Shown: positions 39,929 to 53,056 of the stretch, piece by piece
Position numbering within the stretch: position 1 is the stretch's first letter
Layout: each line of letters opens with the position of its first letter
Assembly: GCF_006345805.1 (NCBI RefSeq)
Contig: NC_043004.1
Coordinates: 100,626,001-100,690,000, forward strand
Direction: 5' to 3'
Source: Octopus sinensis
Lineage: Eukaryota
Length of the DNA: 64,000 nt
The notes under the pieces: generated by a model
Databases searched by the model: none
Told to the model about the DNA's origin: nothing
What the model saw: only the letters and a program-made list of their open reading frames with translations
Translations under genes and position numbers: made by a program

Positions 39929-40371
39929 TACCGAGTCGATATTTCATTCTCCCCATAAACTATCGTGTTATTTCAACATGTTTCCTTCGAGGAGAGAACA
40001 CGAGAACACTCTAGTTCGAGCATGTTTTCGTAGCTATTTGTATTTCTTTCCAATGTTCTTTATGTTGATATTTTCTTGCAGATTCACACCTACATACCTT
40101 AGTATTGATAGTAAATAACACAATCCTCCTAAACAGAATTGTGTGTGAAGTTTTCTAAATGCAATCATTATTTTCATTCTGTTAAAGTATATCTATAACT
40201 TATGACTAGGACAGATAGTATAGCTTTGCTTCTTACCACACTGTTATGTATTTCGCTTTGATTGAAGTATAAAACTAGCATCTTACAATATAATTAGGTT
40301 TTTAATATGGCTTCCCAGCATTTCCTTTCATTTGTCACTCACACACGCGCACGCACACACACAACACACAC

Positions 40372-40404
<33 letters not shown>

Positions 40405-41284
40405 GTATGTGTGTATGTATAAAAACGTCTGTTCATAGACAAGCAAATGTATATGTATATTTACGTATATTTATGTATACATATATATGTGTATATAAAT
40501 GTGTGTGTGTGAATGTACACAAAACATACATTTTGTGTTATTGTACTACGAAACTTTTACGGTTGTTTTCTACTAACTCGAATTCCTAAAGTTGAGTAAA
40601 TAAAATAAAATAAGTAAATGAAATGTTTGCACAATAATAACAAAAAAAGATAAACAAACATTTTTTTTTCGAGTACAATTAATACGTAGGAAAAAAATGC
40701 ATGTGCGGTTGTGCTTCGCTAAGGCAAGCAAAACAATCAGGTTTGAAGCTCAGACAGTTTTTCTACCATCATATGTATTCTCTATGTACCTTTAATAAAT
40801 ATCTTTTCTCGTCTCATTGTTGTCAAGTATTCTCTATGCGTGTTCCTCTCAAAAACTAGTTCTCAGGAAATCAATTCAAATCCCTACAGAGACAATACGT
40901 CTTTATGGTTAACACATACCTAATTACACACGCGCCCACAAATACGCATGTACACACACACACACACACACACACAGAGACACACACACACACGCACACA
41001 CACACACACATAGACACACACACACGCGTAGCATTCATTGAATTGTTGCACAGAAACTCAGAGTGCTCAAAGTAAGTATACCATACCTGCGTTATTTAAT
41101 ATATTTAGTCCCATATTTCCGACGATATTTAGCTCTAATTCTGTTGTGGCATGCGGTATGTGTATATATATGTGTACGTGGGGGGTGTATGTGTGTGTGT
41201 GTATTATGTTGTTAGGTAGTGGAAATTACTGTTTTCCTCAGCTGGTATGGATAATGACATTTATATATATATATAGATATATAG

Positions 41285-41367
<83 letters not shown>

Positions 41368-41390
41368 GTATGTATATATATGTATTATAT

Positions 41391-41598
41391 AGTTAATCCA
41401 AACATGAAAACACAAAGAGAAAACACAACAACGCGAGGACGTGGAACAAGTATGGTATTATTGGACGCTCAGGAAAGAAGGAAAGAAGGAGGGTTTAACG
41501 TTTCGAGCGGCGCTCTTCGTCAGAAACATACGAAAAGGAAAGATCCAAAGAAGGGAAGACGGAGGGAAAAAATCGCCAACGGTACACACGCGATCACA
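41391..41598 (-). mobile_element. ~210-nt non-coding PLE-associated/retrozyme-like element in a TA/CA microsatellite
   Basis: Homologous to 52514-52726, 52818-53032 and 29578-29775; carries a hammerhead motif. Confidence 0.75.
41493..41527 (-). ncRNA. Minimal type-I hammerhead ribozyme motif (PLE type)
   Basis: GUUU-CUGACGA-A-GAGC(GCC)GCUC-GAAA-CGUU-AAAC: complete core, 4-bp stem I, 4-bp stem II, loopless palindromic ACGU stem III. Confidence 0.8.
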
Positions 41599-42059
41599 CA
41601 TGCACACACACATATATATAATATATACACATACACACACATGTATATATACACACATACACATACACATATATATACACACACATAATACACACACGTA
41701 TTTATATATCTATCTATCTATATATATAAGTATGTTTTGTATGTGTGTGTCTGTGTACATACATATATATATATACATGTGTCTGTGTTTGTGTGTATGT
41801 GTGTGAATATATGAATGTATGTATATAATATATACGTCACTAAAGTGACAAAAGGAACCAATAGGCACTACTGCTGCTACTAATAAGAATTAAAAAAACT
41901 CAATAGCCACAGAAAGGCTTCCTGTGACTACTGAGTTGTTTTGACACTGATTTCTAGCAAAACTGATGCTGATTAGTGCACTCTGCCACTTTAGTGTCGT
42001 ATATATCTCTGCCTTTAGGTTGTAAAATTACGAATTACCCACCCATATGTATGTATATA

Positions 42060-42133
<74 letters not shown>

Positions 42134-43178
42134 TTGTGTGTGTGTAAATTTATATAAATTTATATAAATAAGGATATAAATTTATATTTATTAGTCATTA
42201 TATTACTGCGGTTGATATTTTGACCATATCACACGAGGAGTTATAGGCGGGCAATTTAAACTGATCATGTGCATACGTGCATATATATGTATGTATACGT
42301 TTGTATATGTAAGTGTTTGTATGTTGTAGTATATATATATATATATATATACAACATACAAACACATATACGAACTATCTGTGTGTATTCCACTGAAGAA
42401 GCAAAGCATTTCTTATGCAAAGTCAGAAATCCGGGATCTGGAATTATCAGGTAATTCTTTTGCTAGTTCATCTTGTCCTTTTGTCTTCTCTCCTGTTGCG
42501 GTATGAACATTTAATGTGGTTTTAGAATCAGGTTTTGGTTGCTATTTCCAGCGTGGAGATATTTCTTAGATACCCTAAATTATAATTATATATGTATATA
42601 TTTATAAATATATATCATAGCCATTACAAACACTGATCAACAAATACATCTGCAAAATCACTATGGTTATTCAAGGCTCTAAAACATCAATTCATCAAAC
42701 GAAACTTGTGTTATGTTAATGTTTCCTGCACCGATAATCATGTTTTCATTTGAAGCCCAAGTCATCTTTTACCAATGATCTCGCTTTTCTCTACTGACTC
42801 ACAAGATTTTAAAAAGTCAACGTTTTTTTGTTTTTGTTTTTTTTTTTTATTTTTTTTTTTTGTTTTTTTTCATTTTTTTTTTCATCTTTTTTGCTGCCCC
42901 AAAGTAGTTCATCGTCTTTCAATCAACAAATATTAACCACTGATGCTCATGACAGCAAATCTTTTGTAAGACCATTTTGATATTTTCGTTCACTGTTTTA
43001 AGTTTTACTAAGTGACCTGAAAAGATTAATAGCGTTTATACAATGTGCCATAAAATACGTTTCAAAATCAGCTGAATGTTAAACGAATACATCTATTTGA
43101 AGAAGCCTAGGGCTGACATTGCAGCATGCAAGATTTTTTAGCTTGACTGAAAGGATTCCCTTTTCTCATGTTCATCAT

Positions 43179-43550
43179 AGGCGCAGGTTTAATCGTGTGG
43201 TGAGAAGCTTGCTTCCCAACTACAGGATTCCGGGTTCAGTGTCACTGTTTGGAATTTTGGGGAACTGTCTTCTACAAGAGCCTCGGGACGATCAGAGCCT
43301 TGTGAGTGGATTTTGTTGATGTGTGTGTGTATTTGTGTGTGATTGTATGTGTGTCAGTGTTTGTCCCGCACCACTTTTTGACAACCTGTGTTGGTGTGTT
43401 TACGTGTCGGTAACCTAGCGGCTTGGCATAAGTAGACCGATACAATAAGTACCAGGCTTTAAAAAAATAAGTCCTGGGGTTGATTTATTCGACTAAAACC
43501 TTTCAAGGAGATGCTCCAGCGTGGCTACAGTCCTATTCATTGAAAAAATA
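43179..43550 (+). mobile_element. SINE family A, diverged
   Basis: aggcgcaggtttaatcgtgtggtgagaagcttgcttcccaac...gctccagcgtggctacagtc. Confidence 0.8.
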
Positions 43551-45428
43551 AAACTTTTTATATTATTTTAGCTTCATACTTTAAGCAGTTCGTTTCTTTC
43601 AGACTAGATACTGAGAGTGGAGATGTTTGCTACAGCCAGATTGAGATCTTGTACGAAATCAATTAGTCCCTTTTATGAAATCTTGTTCAGTATTTGAAAA
43701 AACAATTCATATTCATTTCCACAGTAATTACCTTCACTCTAAGTATCGATGTTTTCACAAAATTTAACAATATAAGATCACCTTCTGATTTATGCACTAG
43801 TATGAAGGATATCTTCGCTGTGGGAAAAATCATACTGATTTCAATTCAAGATAGTTCCATTTATATTTCTTGTAATAACTGAAATGTTTCACATTCACAA
43901 CACATAAAGTTTAGCCAGTGTGGTAATATGCAGGCCCTCTCTATAGGATAAGCGCACCAAAGAACATACGACTTCTTTTATTACTTTTTCATTATCGTAG
44001 AAATTCTTACACTTTTTTGGCGGACATTATAAAGAGTTCAAATTAGGTATGTCAATTTACAAAATCTATGAAATTTTCATTTGTTTTCAGAAAGTATTCG
44101 CTTCAAGCAGATGCACTAAGATTGATTAAGTAACGTCTTCGTGGTGAATGCATATTAATCTACAAGAAAGATAAGACTGTTTTAAAAGTAAGATTAAACA
44201 TCAAAAATTAAATTGTATAACAAAACTGATGCGGAATAAAGTGATAAACGTAATCCTTTCTGCTCTTGTCATCTACAACATTGGGGTAAAAATCATGTGT
44301 TTTGTGTGCGGAACTTACAATACCTCAAAAATCAAAACCGATTTGGCAAGACTAATGTCATTTTTTTGCTTCTTTTTTAGCCTTATTATTCGCAGAATAT
44401 CCCTAATTCGTTCAACTATTTTTGGCAACTTAATTATATCTGATGGGGACAGTATAGTTGGTTGAACGATACATACATGGAAAACACTAGAGCTTGAGAA
44501 ATAAAACTAGCGATGAACTTTGCTGCTGAAAAGAATGTCTAAGTACGAGTGTGCCCGTATGTATACACACATACACACACACACATATATATATATATAC
44601 ATACATATATATATATATGTATACATATATATACATATATATATGCATACATATATATATGTATATATACATATATATACATACATATGCATATATATCT
44701 ATATACGTACATAATATACATACATATATATTCATACATATATATATATATGTATGTATATATAAATATGTATATAATATATATATATATATATATATTA
44801 TATACATATAATATAATATATATATATATATATATATATCATAATTTATACATTACATGCATATATATTAATATATACTTACACATACGTATATATTTGT
44901 GTATATATGTATATATATGTATATATATATATGTGTGTATATATATATATATAATATATGTAAATATATATATATATATATAGATATATTACATATTAAA
45001 TATGTATATATACACACATATATATATATATATATATATACATATATAAATATGTATATATACACACATATATATATAATATATATATATATATACGTAG
45101 GTATTTAAGTATATATATGTATATATGTATCACGTATGCGAATATATGCAAAAACTAAGTGGTAAACAAGATGAAGAAAGAAGAATAGTCAATATCAATT
45201 TAACGGAAGCTGAAAAACCACGTGAGTCGTTACTACAGGTTTCAAATTTGCGATCTGCGGAGAAAAATTAAGAAAACAGAACATTGCGTAAAAGCAATCA
45301 GAAGCAGCATCAATCAAAACAAATATTGAACACTAATTGGATGAAGCTTGCCCACAGCTTTGGAAACAATGAATACATTGTCGAATAAATTGTATGAACG
45401 TTGAAGTAAATATACAGACATCGAAAAG

Positions 45429-45464
<36 letters not shown>

Positions 45465-45624
45465 TAATAAGCAAATAAATCATTTAAAGTCTACATGAGT
45501 GTACTATGAGCATACACACACACATATGTGTATATATATATATAATGTATAATATATATATGTATATATATATATATATATATATTATATATGATATATA
45601 CATATATTACATATAGATATATAT

Positions 45625-45664
<40 letters not shown>

Positions 45665-46199
45665 TATATAAACATTATATATATATATAAATAGATCATA
45701 GATAGATATGCATACACATACGTACATATATATATATGTGCATATATGTATGGCTGTGTGTGTGTACGTGTTTGCATACACATACACTCGCGTATGCATT
45801 TAGGTGTTTATGAATATATGCGCGCCAGTGTATGTTGATCATACGTTATACATATATTACGATGTCTATTTTCTTCGTACGAGTGTATGTGTTCCTGCGT
45901 TAAAGTCTGTATACGTCTATGCATGTGTTTGTCTGCGTGAGTGTGTGTGTGTGTGTGTTTCTGTTTATCTCTGTGTGTGTGTATGTGTGTTGGTGTTTAT
46001 GTATGTGTGTGTGTGTGTCTGTATGCTATTGCGATATTATTTTTCACGTTCGCGATATCAGAATAGGTTACACTTGATAATCACACTTGCTAATGCGGAA
46101 CGTAATTACATTTAGACTATATCATAATCCACATTGGATATCTTCGAGGATAAACGGTAGTAGTTCTTCATATTGATGATTAACTATGTTGGTATTGTT

Positions 46200-46343
46200 A
46201 ATGATGATGATGATGATGATAATGATGACGACGACAACGACGACGATGGTGATCAGGGCGACGGCGGTGGCGTTGGCGTCGACGACGACTGCAACGATGG
46301 AGGGTTTCAATGTAGAAGATTAGTGGATGTGTATGTATATATT

Positions 46344-46374
<31 letters not shown>

Positions 46375-46467
46375 ACACTGATAATGATGATAATGATGAT
46401 GATGATGATATCAATGATTTATTACAGTAAGTATAAATAAAGATATCGAAAATCTTGACGATAGTGT

Positions 46468-46500
<33 letters not shown>

Positions 46501-46945
46501 CGACGACGACGGGGAGACGGTGGTGGTGATGATGATGATGATGATGATGATGAAGACGATGACGATGATGATCATGATGACGACACTGGTGACGACGACG
46601 ATGATGATGATCATGATGACGACACTGATGACGACGACGATGATGATGATGATGATGATGACAGTGGTGGTGGTGGTGGTTGCTTTACTGGTGGTGATGG
46701 TAACTCCGACAACGATGATGATGACGACAGCATTGATTACGATGATGAGGTATCTATAATAAGAATGATGGTAGCAATGATAATTATCATGATAATGATA
46801 AATGATGATTATGAAGGCAGCTATAACAGTATGGCAGTGGATATGGAGGGGGTGATAGTGGTGCTGCTGCCCATGGTGGTGGTGTTAGTGGTGGTGGTCG
46901 TTGATGGTCACGTTGTTCATGATGATGATGATGATGACCATGCTG
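46200..46945. repeat. Compound (GAT)n/(GAC)n/(GGT)n trinucleotide region
   Basis: Direct inspection. Confidence 0.9.
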
Positions 46946-46990
46946 ATAATGATTTCCATCGGCTAATTATAATGTCTTTTCTTTTAGTAT

Positions 46991-47326
46991 GTGAAGGCAA
47001 ATGGTTCAGTGGTAAGACATCGATATCACAATCATGACGTAGTGAGTTCCATTCCCGGACCGGATTGTGTGTTTTGTTCTTGAGCAAGACACTTTATTTC
47101 ACGTTACTCCAGTTCACTCTGCTGTAGAAACGGGTCGCGACGTCACTGGTACCAAACCTTATCGTCTTTTGCCTTTCCCCTTGGCTAGCGTCAGTGGGTT
47201 GAAAATGGGAGACTGGTATGCATAGACGACTTCTGGTCTTCCATAAAGAGCCTTGCCCGGGTTTGTGCCTCGGAGGGGAACTTTCTAAGTGCAATCCCAT
47301 GGTTATTCATGACCGAAGGGGAGTCT
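46991..47326 (+). mobile_element. SINE family D (tRNA-like head, CORE-like centre)
   Basis: tggttcagtggtaag..gagttccattccc..gttcttgagcaagacactttatttcacg..gtgcaatcccatggttattcatgaccgaaggg; homologous to 63658-63976. Confidence 0.85.
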
Positions 47327-47778
47327 CACTCTTTTTAACCTCTTTTATAGTATGTAGTGTGTACGAACAAAAATATTCTGAAAAATGATTCAATGTAGAT
47401 TATGTAGGCTTCCGTATATTACTCTTCAGACAAACTCTGGTTGTGACTGGACAGCAAAGCCTCAACTTTCGATATAGTGCTTCAGCAGTAGTAGTAATAA
47501 TCCCTTTTACTATAAGCATAAGGTCTGAAAATTATGGGGAAGGGTTTTGTTCATTACATCGATTTCATGCTTACCGTCGACATCATCATAACCATCATCA
47601 GTTGTACCATAACCATCATCAGTATCATCAATTATGTAATCTTTTTATCTCTGAATTATCAAATTCCTCGAGTGATGCACGCCAGGGGTGGGAAAAACTG
47701 TTGCTAAGTCTGCCGTTGCTTCTCTCATGAAACTTGTCTCAATAAACTCTACATGTTAATGAAATATTATTGGGGTGA

Positions 47779-48410
47779 GTAGAGATGTTTAAGTATTTCG
47801 GGGTCGTATTCACGAGTGATGGGAGATTGAAAGATGAATTGTATGCTAGAATTTCAGGTGCTGGCATAGTAATGCGCAAGCTTCAGCATTCGATCCTCAA
47901 AAACGGAGAAGTCGGTAATAATACCAAGATTGCTATCTTCAGTTCGGTTTTTTTATTGCTTGTCCTTTCCAGTGGTCATGGATGATAGGTAATGGCCAAA
48001 AGTACACAATCAAGAATACAAGTGATGGAAATGGGTTTCCCCGAAGATTCACTTACGAAACATTACTCGACAGATTGCGTAGCTCAGAGATCAGGGTGTC
48101 TCCATATCAAATCGCTACTTCTCCACATTGAGAGGTTACATCTCCAGTACTAATGGACATGTGATTAGAATGCGGAAGGAAGAATTCCGAGACGGTCTTT
48201 CAAGATTGGTGAACCACCATGATACCAAGGAATAGAACAAGAACGAAATAGTTGGATAATATTCATAGTCTCAGTTGGTACGCTTGGAATTCCAGAAGGA
48301 AATTCTAATAACTGTTGCTTCCGAGAGAATCCTATGGAAGAGATTCCTGGAGAGTCTACTCCCAAGCCTCTCCCATGATTAGTAGGAGGAGAAAACGATT
48401 GAATGGATAA
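47779..48410 (+). mobile_element. RTE-clade (Rex3/Expander-like) LINE 3' remnant
   Basis: VEMFKYFGVVFTSDGRLKDELYARISGAGIVMRKL..; SRIQVMEMGFPRR; DRLRSSEIR; LLLHIER, with stops and frameshifts. Confidence 0.85.
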
Positions 48411-48648
48411 TTGTGCCTTCTACGCACTCGAGCACGATATTTAAACTTGGAGGAATAATTGAAAAAGTGGATCAAGTTTTTATACAGTCGTCAAAAGAAG
48501 TTTAACGACTCAAAAAGATTTCTTCATCAGACGAAAAAAATGTTAAAAGTTAAACTTGTATTGCAACTCACAGCTTAAATCAAATTTCACCGTTTCAATT
48601 ATTTTCGCCGTATGATGTTTAGTTATAACTTTTTGTACATCATCACTG

Positions 48649-48870
48649 TGGAGGCACATGGCCTAGTGGTTAGAGCAGCGGACTCGCGATCGAGGGATCA
48701 CGGGTTCGAATCTCAGCCCGGGCGATGCGTGTGTTTATGAGCAAAACACCTAAGCTCCGAACGGCTCCAACAGAAGGTAATGACGAACTTCTGCTGACTC
48801 ATTCGCCACAACTTTCTCTCACTCTTTCCTCCTGCATCTTGCAGCTCACCCAAGGAAACCGGGAAACCGT
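48649..48870 (+). mobile_element. SINE family C (tRNA-Arg-like head), internally deleted
   Basis: tggcctagtggttagagcagcggactcgcgatcgagggatcacgggttcgaatc A/B boxes; cacaactttctctcactc; gaaaccgggaaacc tail. Confidence 0.82.
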
Positions 48871-49574
48871 TCCTCAAGAAGGAACAAACAAACAACAACA
48901 ACATCATCACTAGTTGCTTCCGATTTTCCAGATTGAACTACAATTGTCTACACTTACGTGAGTATTCATTCATCACTATTTTACCAAGTATTGTCTTGGC
49001 TATGTTTCATTGATAAAGTTGGAATTTGGTGCAAACATGCCCAGGGCTGTCTTGCGTACTTTACAAGAAACTTAGCATAAATTTAGTCATTAATTAATAT
49101 AGTCATGTTTTGTTCGTTTTTGCCTGTTTATTTCTAGTTAGTTTTGTTCAATGTTCCGTACATAAAATGTTAGCAATAAGTTTGCTACGTACATCATATA
49201 CAGATACACACACACACACACACCACACACACATATATCTTTATATATACAAGCACACACGTGTACATACATATATATTGAAATACATATACGCACACGT
49301 TCATAAATATGCCTATATAACATTTCCCATGTATACGCACATGCCTAGAATAACACATTCAGTTTGAAATACATATGTATGCATCATATACACATGTATA
49401 TATATATATATATACACATACACACACACCTCTACACTTAACTAACACCCCATCCACCCACTACAACACTTTCACGCAGTTATCTATTTTCACTGTTTCT
49501 ATTATCTCTTCATGATGTTGCCTGGAACTAAATGAAATTTTTTTCGGTTTAAATGCGTCTCTACATACAATTCA

Positions 49575-49611
<37 letters not shown>

Positions 49612-49661
49612 GTGGTATTAAGATAGATATTTAAAATGTATGTGTATGGTTGTGCATATAC

Positions 49662-49707
<46 letters not shown>

Positions 49708-50536
49708 CCCACACATACATAAATACACACACACATATATATATATATGTTCCTTTACATACTTTACGGCTTGCTCAGCATATTATGTACGGGTGCCAAG
49801 TGTGTGGTGTGTCTGTTATAGTAATTGACATTCTACTGATGCTAAACAAATGAATATCTCACCGCATCTCTTCTTCATCAGCATCATCACCATCATCGTC
49901 ATCATCATCGTCATCATCGTTCTCATCGTCATCATATTTGTTGATCTTTTTCCACTTCTCCTCCTTATTCTCCTCCCTCCCCTTCTGCTCCTCCTCGTCC
50001 TTCTTCTTCTTTCTTCTTTGCCTCTTTTGCCCTTTTCATAGTTTTATCATACATACTATTTTACCCTTCTGTCCCCTTTTTTCCCCTTTTTCCTTCGTCT
50101 GCTACCCCCCCCCGCCGTCTTTTTATTCACCTTACATTTTGTGTCACTTTTGTTCTTTTTTTATTTGTTTGTTTTTAAATCTGTTTTTACTCTCCCACCC
50201 CAAGCCTCCTTCGGCCCTTTGTCTCCTTGAAATCTCTTACTTTCTTACAATCTTACCTCATATCTTTATCCATCTCTCACACACAGACAAACTCTTCTCA
50301 CCTTCGCAGTTTCGTTTCTTCTCTTTTCCACTCTCTTCTTCTCCCTCTCATCTTTCTTTTCCACTCTCCTAGTCTTCACTCTCTTCCTCTCACACTTCCT
50401 TCTCTTTAATTCTCTCTTGATCGACTATGTACTCACTCTCTCTCTCTCATCTTTCAATAGCATTTGCCACTAACTCTGGCTTCTTTCTTTTTCTCTCTCT
50501 CCCATATATATGTGTGTGTACATGTATATATATATA

Positions 50537-50578
<42 letters not shown>

Positions 50579-51326
50579 TCATATATATATATATGATGAT
50601 ATATATATATATACGATTAAACATGTGTGTATATATATATATATATATACACACCACATACACATATACATACATATATACATGTACGCATGTGTGTGTG
50701 TGCGCGTTGTATTGGTGCGTGTAAGGAAATACATGTATACGTATTTCCATGTTCTGCCAGCTTCGTAGCTGTTAGCTGTTCAATGATGTCTGATTCATTG
50801 CATTTCTGAATCGAACAGGTACAAGGGAATGCCTGTACCGCAGTGTAGATCAAATATCATCAGGGAATTTGTTGGAAAAGCAATGGCTTTTCTTTTCTTT
50901 TGCGTACAATTGCCTAACCCTGACACCGCTATCGATCGGCAAAAGATATATTTGCGGTCGCTTGTGCGCACGCGTGCATGTGTGTCTGTGTGTTTGTGAG
51001 TAGATCTGTGGATATATATGCATGTATGTACTCGATAAACTTTCTCAAAATTTCAGTGTATCAGATTCTATTCACACAGTATTGGTCGTCCCAACTTCTA
51101 CGACAGAGCAGATTCGTCCAAGATGCCTCGAGTTAGAACAAGAGAACTTTGTAACTACGTACGAATCCATTTCTCTACCTCTCCCCTCTCTCACTCTTTC
51201 TTTATCTCTCTACCTATCTACCTATCTATCTATCTCTCTTCCTCTCACTTTCTGTCTCTCAGTATAAATACACATGCACGGAAACACATATACACATAAA
51301 CGCATGCGTAAATACGTGCACGCATA

Positions 51327-51549
51327 TACAAGAGGGGGTGCTGAAAAGTTCCTGGCTTTGAGTAAAAGAAAATACAGGAAGATCAGTTAATTATGATTTT
51401 ATTCAACATATTCCCCTATCAGATTCACACACTTATTGCAGCAGTCCTTCAGTTTTTCTAAACCTTGCAAAAGAACTCGGAAGTTTGGGCTTCCAACCAG
51501 GCCCTTAACGATAACCTTAAAGTTAGGAACTTTTCAGGACCTACTCGTA
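51327..51549. mobile_element. Tc1/mariner-type MITE, second copy (inverted relative to 33077)
   Basis: tacaagagggggtgctgaaaagttcctggcttt ... aagttaggaacttttcaggacctactcgta. Confidence 0.8.
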
Positions 51550-52146
51550 CGTATGTTTAAACTTTCTCCTTTCGTCTTGCGCCCGAGCCCCTAAATAGTG
51601 TTTTGCCACCCCCTTCGTACTTCTCTTATACACTTATACACACATCAATACCATCATCCATCTTGCTTGTGCTTTCCTATGTGCTTCGTCAATACTTTTA
51701 TTCCCACACATTTTTACAAGCTCTCACCCCATCCTATACGCGTTTTCACATTACCTTCTTAGTAATTAAACACGCGCACACAAACACCGTCTATTACAAC
51801 TAATCAACATCACTATAACTCCACACATCTTTCCACATACATGCAACACATTATCACACATGCACACATCCACACACACATACACATATACACATACATA
51901 TACATATAAACACGCACACACACACACACACTGCTTTTGGTCATGCTTCCTTCCAGCGATAGATGAATTCTGATACATGCACCAACACACATTTTACTTC
52001 TTCACATTTTACCCCTATCCATAAAAGACAGTATTCCCACCTGGTTTCTAAGCTTTTGCTTTTGGCTCGTGTCTATTCTGCTTATTTTATGCAGTAACTA
52101 ACTCTCTTTGTCCCTTTCCCTATGCTTCTTGACATTTTTCCCTCAT

Positions 52147-52180
52147 CTTCTGATGAAAGACTCTCGTCCGAAACGTTAAG
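52147..52180 (+). ncRNA. Minimal hammerhead ribozyme motif (stem II closing pair mismatched)
   Basis: CUU-CUGAUGA-A-AGAC(UCUC)GUCC-GAAA-CGUU-AAG within a pyrimidine-rich 3'UTR-like segment (about 51990-52197). Confidence 0.65.
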
Positions 52181-52466
52181 TCATATTTTCTTTCCATTGA
52201 AACGATAATCTAAAATATATATAAAGATACAGATAAGTCTCATGGCTGGCTGGCGACAGATTTTTCTGCAAAATATGGATAGTTTATTCTGTTCATGCTA
52301 TATTATTAGCATTATCCTGCGTTTAAGAATAAAATTATTTCCTTACCTACATATTTCAATAAATCTCAACGCTCATAAAGCAACCTTTGTTTGTTGACTT
52401 TCAATTTAAGTTTATGTGTGTGTGGTGTGTATTATATATGTATGTATCTATGTATATATGTATATA

Positions 52467-52518
<52 letters not shown>

Positions 52519-52619
52519 ATCCAACAAGAAAACACAGAAAAAAGAGAAAAAAAACCACAGCAACGCAGGACGTGGAACAATTAAAGTAGTATTGACGCTC
52601 AGGAAAGAAGGGAAGGAGG

Positions 52620-52654
52620 GTTTAACGTTTCGAGCGGAGCTCTTCGTCGGAAAC
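52620..52654 (-). ncRNA. Minimal hammerhead motif, U4C variant
   Basis: GUUU-CCGACGA-A-GAGC(UCC)GCUC-GAAA-CGUU-AAAC. Confidence 0.7.
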
Positions 52655-52735
52655 AAGGAGAAGAAAGATCCAAGGAGGGAAGGCAGAGGAGACAGTATTT
52701 GAGCTGGTGGTGCTTAAGAGATCACATATATATAT

Positions 52736-52822
<87 letters not shown>

Positions 52823-52924
52823 ATCCAAACAAGAAAACACAGAAAAAAGAGAAAAAAAACCACAGCAACGCAGGACGTGGAACAATTAAAGTAGTATTGA
52901 CGCTCAGGAAAGAAGGGAAGGAGG

Positions 52925-52959
52925 GTTTAACGTTTCGAGCGGAGCTCTTCGTCGGAAAC
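52925..52959 (-). ncRNA. Minimal hammerhead motif, U4C variant (second tandem copy)
   Basis: Identical to 52620-52654. Confidence 0.7.
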
Positions 52960-53056
52960 AAGGAGAAGAAAGATCCCAAGGAGGGAAGGCAGAGGAGACA
53001 GTATTTGAGCTGGTGGTGCTTAAGAGATCACATATATATATATATATATATATATA

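Larger units (their letters stand above)
52514..53032 (-). mobile_element. Head-to-tail dimer of the ~213-nt hammerhead-bearing element separated by (TA)n; period ~305 nt
   Basis: Units 52514-52726 and 52818-53032 are identical except for two 1-nt homopolymer indels. Confidence 0.85.

Noticed and set aside
42405-42545. Minus-strand frame QPKPDSKTTLNVHTATGEKTKGQDELAKELPDNSRSRISDFA
   Set aside because: No start codon, the acceptor lacks a pyrimidine tract, and no homology is recognised
43732-43817. Minus-strand exon candidate (tttttcccacag ... AAG|gtaatt)
   Set aside because: The peptide is unrecognised and such signal pairs are expected by chance in 64 kb of AT-rich DNA
48500-48533. Hammerhead-like gtttaacgactcaaaaagatttcttcatcagac (minus CUGAUGA...GAGUCGUUAAAC)
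   Set aside because: The GAAA core reads GAGU, and stems I and II are weak; at most a dead remnant
48649-48725. tRNA gene (also at 61538 and 63360-63431)
   Set aside because: A and B boxes are present, but there is no closed acceptor stem and each continues into a shared SINE body
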